Shown piece after piece: positions 61,748 through 64,000 of a DNA stretch of 64,000 nt. The stretch lies in the NCBI GenBank assembly GCA_002269645.1, contig NIVC01000202.1, forward strand, positions 496,001 to 560,000. The letters run 5' to 3'. The notes beneath the pieces are model-generated. The model did not search any database. It saw only the letters and a list, made by a program, of their open reading frames with translations, and was not told the DNA's origin. Numbering within the stretch: position 1 is the stretch's first letter; every line of letters begins with the position of its first letter. Origin of the DNA: Macrostomum lignano. Lineage: Eukaryota. The position numbers and the translations under genes were made by a program.

Positions 61748-61900
61748 AGATTGGCTATATGTTACGCAATGATTTGAGTTGAATACAAGTAGGGTAGCAG
61801 ATTGGCTATATGTTACGCAATGATTTGAGTTGAATACAAGTAGGGTAGCAGATTGGCTATATGTTACGCAATGATTTGAGTTGAATACAAGTAGGGTAGC
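61748..61900. repeat. Exact 51-bp triplication at the inversion breakpoint (41 bp LTR plus GTAGGGTAGC)
   Basis: Units start at 61748, 61799 and 61850. Confidence 0.92.
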
Positions 61901-62374
61901 GCAGCGTAGAAGCATGTTTATGTTGGCATTTAATAAAATGCATATTTAAAAGGCTATTGGTTGAATCAGGTTATTAAGAATAGTTTTTTTAAATTTTATT
62001 AGTTAGTTTTTTCTAGTCAGACTTCAGCTTCAGTTGAAATTTGAGTGTTTGACTGCAGAGATTTTGTTTCATTTTAATAAAATCACTAGGAATGAAAGGC
62101 AGATGAAAAAATGGAAAAATAAAGCTTGTTTTCTCATCCCTTAATTACGCTCGTACTTTTTCTCTAACTGATTTTCCCGCTGGTAAACATAATTTATAGG
62201 TAGAAAGCATCAAAATATCGATACTGCTAGAATCATGTGAGTACTGATTTCAAAGAATTGAGTCCTTAGCTGCACAAGTTTGAATATTTCGAGACGCTTG
62301 TGAAAATGATTGCACCTTCCGTAATGGCCAGATGTGCAACCGACAGCTCAGCCGCAGCTATTGTGCGGCGCATC

Positions 62375-62545
62375 TGAAGGCTGCGTACGGCTGTTCAGTC
62401 CAAGGACTGGGGGGTCGCCACACACAGCCTCAATTACCACAGCTAATGCTGGCACCCATTTTACAGCTGGGCAATGCAGAGTTAAGTGTCTTGCTTAAAG
62501 AAACAAATTTTTCCGAGTGGGTCGAGAATCGAACCCTGGCCTACT
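62375..62545 (-). mobile_element. tRNA-derived SINE, copy 3 (tail-less, head merging into a satellite monomer)
   Basis: Shares GGCTGCGTACGGCTGTTCAGTCCAAGGACTGGGGGGTCGCCACACAGCCTCAATTACC...GAATCGAACCC with copies 1 and 2. Confidence 0.75.
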
Positions 62546-62829
62546 CGCTACTGCTGGAGTCATGTGAACTGGGATCATTTTGCTTCTCCTAGATGTAAGA
62601 GTTCAATGCATGATTTGGCAGTTGCACGAAGAAGTATCGAAAGCCGCAGTGGGCGAAACGATGCTATTTATTTAATATTTAGTCGACTACTGCATTGCGT
62701 GGGGTGGTGGTAGTAAATGTACACTTGCTTACTACGAGTACAGATAAGTGGGCGAGAGTGAGAGAGAGAGCCGGCTGACGCGCGGGGCCGGAAAATGGGG
62801 TGGGCGCTCTATAGCAAATCAATGGCTCA

Positions 62830-64000
62830 CACTAGAATCATGTGAACTGGGATCAGTTTGCTTCTCCTAGAATCATGTGAACTGGGATCATTTTGCTTCT
62901 CCTAGAATCATGTGAACTGGGATCAGTTTGCTTCTCCTAGAATCATGTGAACTGGGATCATTTTGCTACTTCTAGAATCATGTGAACTGGGATCATTTTG
63001 CTACTGCTAGAATCATGTGAACTGGGATCAGTTTGCTTCTCCTAGAATCATGTGAACTGGGATCATTTTGCTACTTCTAGAATCATGTGAACTGGGATCA
63101 TTTTGCTACTTCTAGAATCATGTGAACTGGGATCATTTTGCTACTGCTAGAATCATGTGAACTGGGATCATTTTGCTACTTCTAGAATCATGTGAACTGG
63201 GATCAGTTTGCTACTTCTAGAATAATGTGAACTGGGATCATTTTGCTACTTCTAGAATCATGTGAACTGGGATCATTTTGCTACTTCTAGAATCATGTGA
63301 ACTGGGATCATTTTGCTACTGATAGAATCATGTGAACTGGGATCATTTTGCTACTTCTAGAATCATGTGAACTGGGATCATTTTGCTACTGCTAGAATCA
63401 TGTGAACTGGGATCATTTTGCTACTTCTAGAATCATGTGAACTGGGATCAGTTTGCTACTTCTAGAATAATGTGAACTGGGATCATTTTGCTACTTCTAG
63501 AATCATGTGAACTGGGATCATTTTGCTACTTCTAGAATCATGTGAACTGGGATCATTTTGCTACTGATAGAATCATGTGAACTGGGATCATTTTGCTACT
63601 TCTAGAATCATGTGAACTGGGATCATTTTGCTACTGCTAGAATCATGTGAACTGGGATCATTTTGCTACTTCTAGAATCATGTGAACTGGGATCATTTTG
63701 CTACTTCTAGAATCATGTGAACTGGGATCATTTTGCTACTGATAGAATCATGTGAACTGGGATCATTTTGCTACTTCTAGAATCATGTGAACTGGGATCA
63801 TTTTGCTACTTCTAGAATCATGTGAACTGGGATCATTTTGCTACTGATAGAATCATGTGAACTGGGATCATTTTGCTACTTCTAGAATCATGTGAACTGG
63901 GATCATTTTGCTACTTCTAGAATCATGTGAACTGGGATCATTTTGCTACTGCTAGAATCATGTGAACTGGCATCATTTTGCTACTTCTAGAATCATGTGA
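62830..64000. repeat. 35-bp minisatellite (CTAGAATCATGTGAACTGGGATCATTTTGCTACTT)n, running off the window end
   Basis: More than 33 tandem units; isolated monomers at ~62225 and ~62548. Confidence 0.97.

Larger units (their letters stand above)
56839..61788 (+). mobile_element. Ty3/gypsy LTR retrotransposon (Mag-like), young, with rearranged 3' LTR
   Basis: 5' LTR 56839-57079 (241 bp, TGTTGTG...CACAACA). PBS TGGCGACGAAGATGG at 57081. gag-pol 57092-60980. PPT GGGGAGGA 61033-61040. 3' LTR split into 61041-61114 (forward) and 61617-61788 (inverted), identical to the 5' LTR. 5-bp TSD ACCAC. Confidence 0.95.

Overview
Eukaryotic (metazoan) genomic DNA with GC-rich spliced exons, AT-rich intergenic DNA and a different minisatellite in most long introns. 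This style suggests a flatworm such as Macrostomum (inference, not verified). Eight host genes can be reconstructed with phase-consistent GT-AG junctions. On the minus strand: sFRP (3 exons), a small secreted permuted-papain/PPPDE-like protein (2 exons), JADE-family PHD protein (5 exons), intronless LSM4, GANP/MCM3AP-SAC3 (3 exons), intronless POMP/UMP1 (with a 1-nt frameshift) and a DEG/ENaC channel (2 exons). On the plus strand: exportin-6 (9 exons). Mobile DNA includes an internally deleted Crypton-like element, several hAT/Mutator-like MITEs with target-site duplications (TSDs), three copies of a tRNA-derived SINE and a decayed MULE transposase split by a decayed RT-RNaseH LINE. A very young Mag-type Ty3/gypsy LTR element is inserted in an RTE-like LINE fragment; its 3' LTR was later broken by a ~0.7 kb inversion with a 51-bp triplication. 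The best leads are the uncharacterised secreted cysteine-hydrolase-like gene, a possible trans-spliced POMP-GANP-LSM4-JADE operon, an intron flanked by an 11-bp direct repeat, and the LTR inversion. No database searches were run; family calls rest on motif recognition, and repeat boundaries are approximate.
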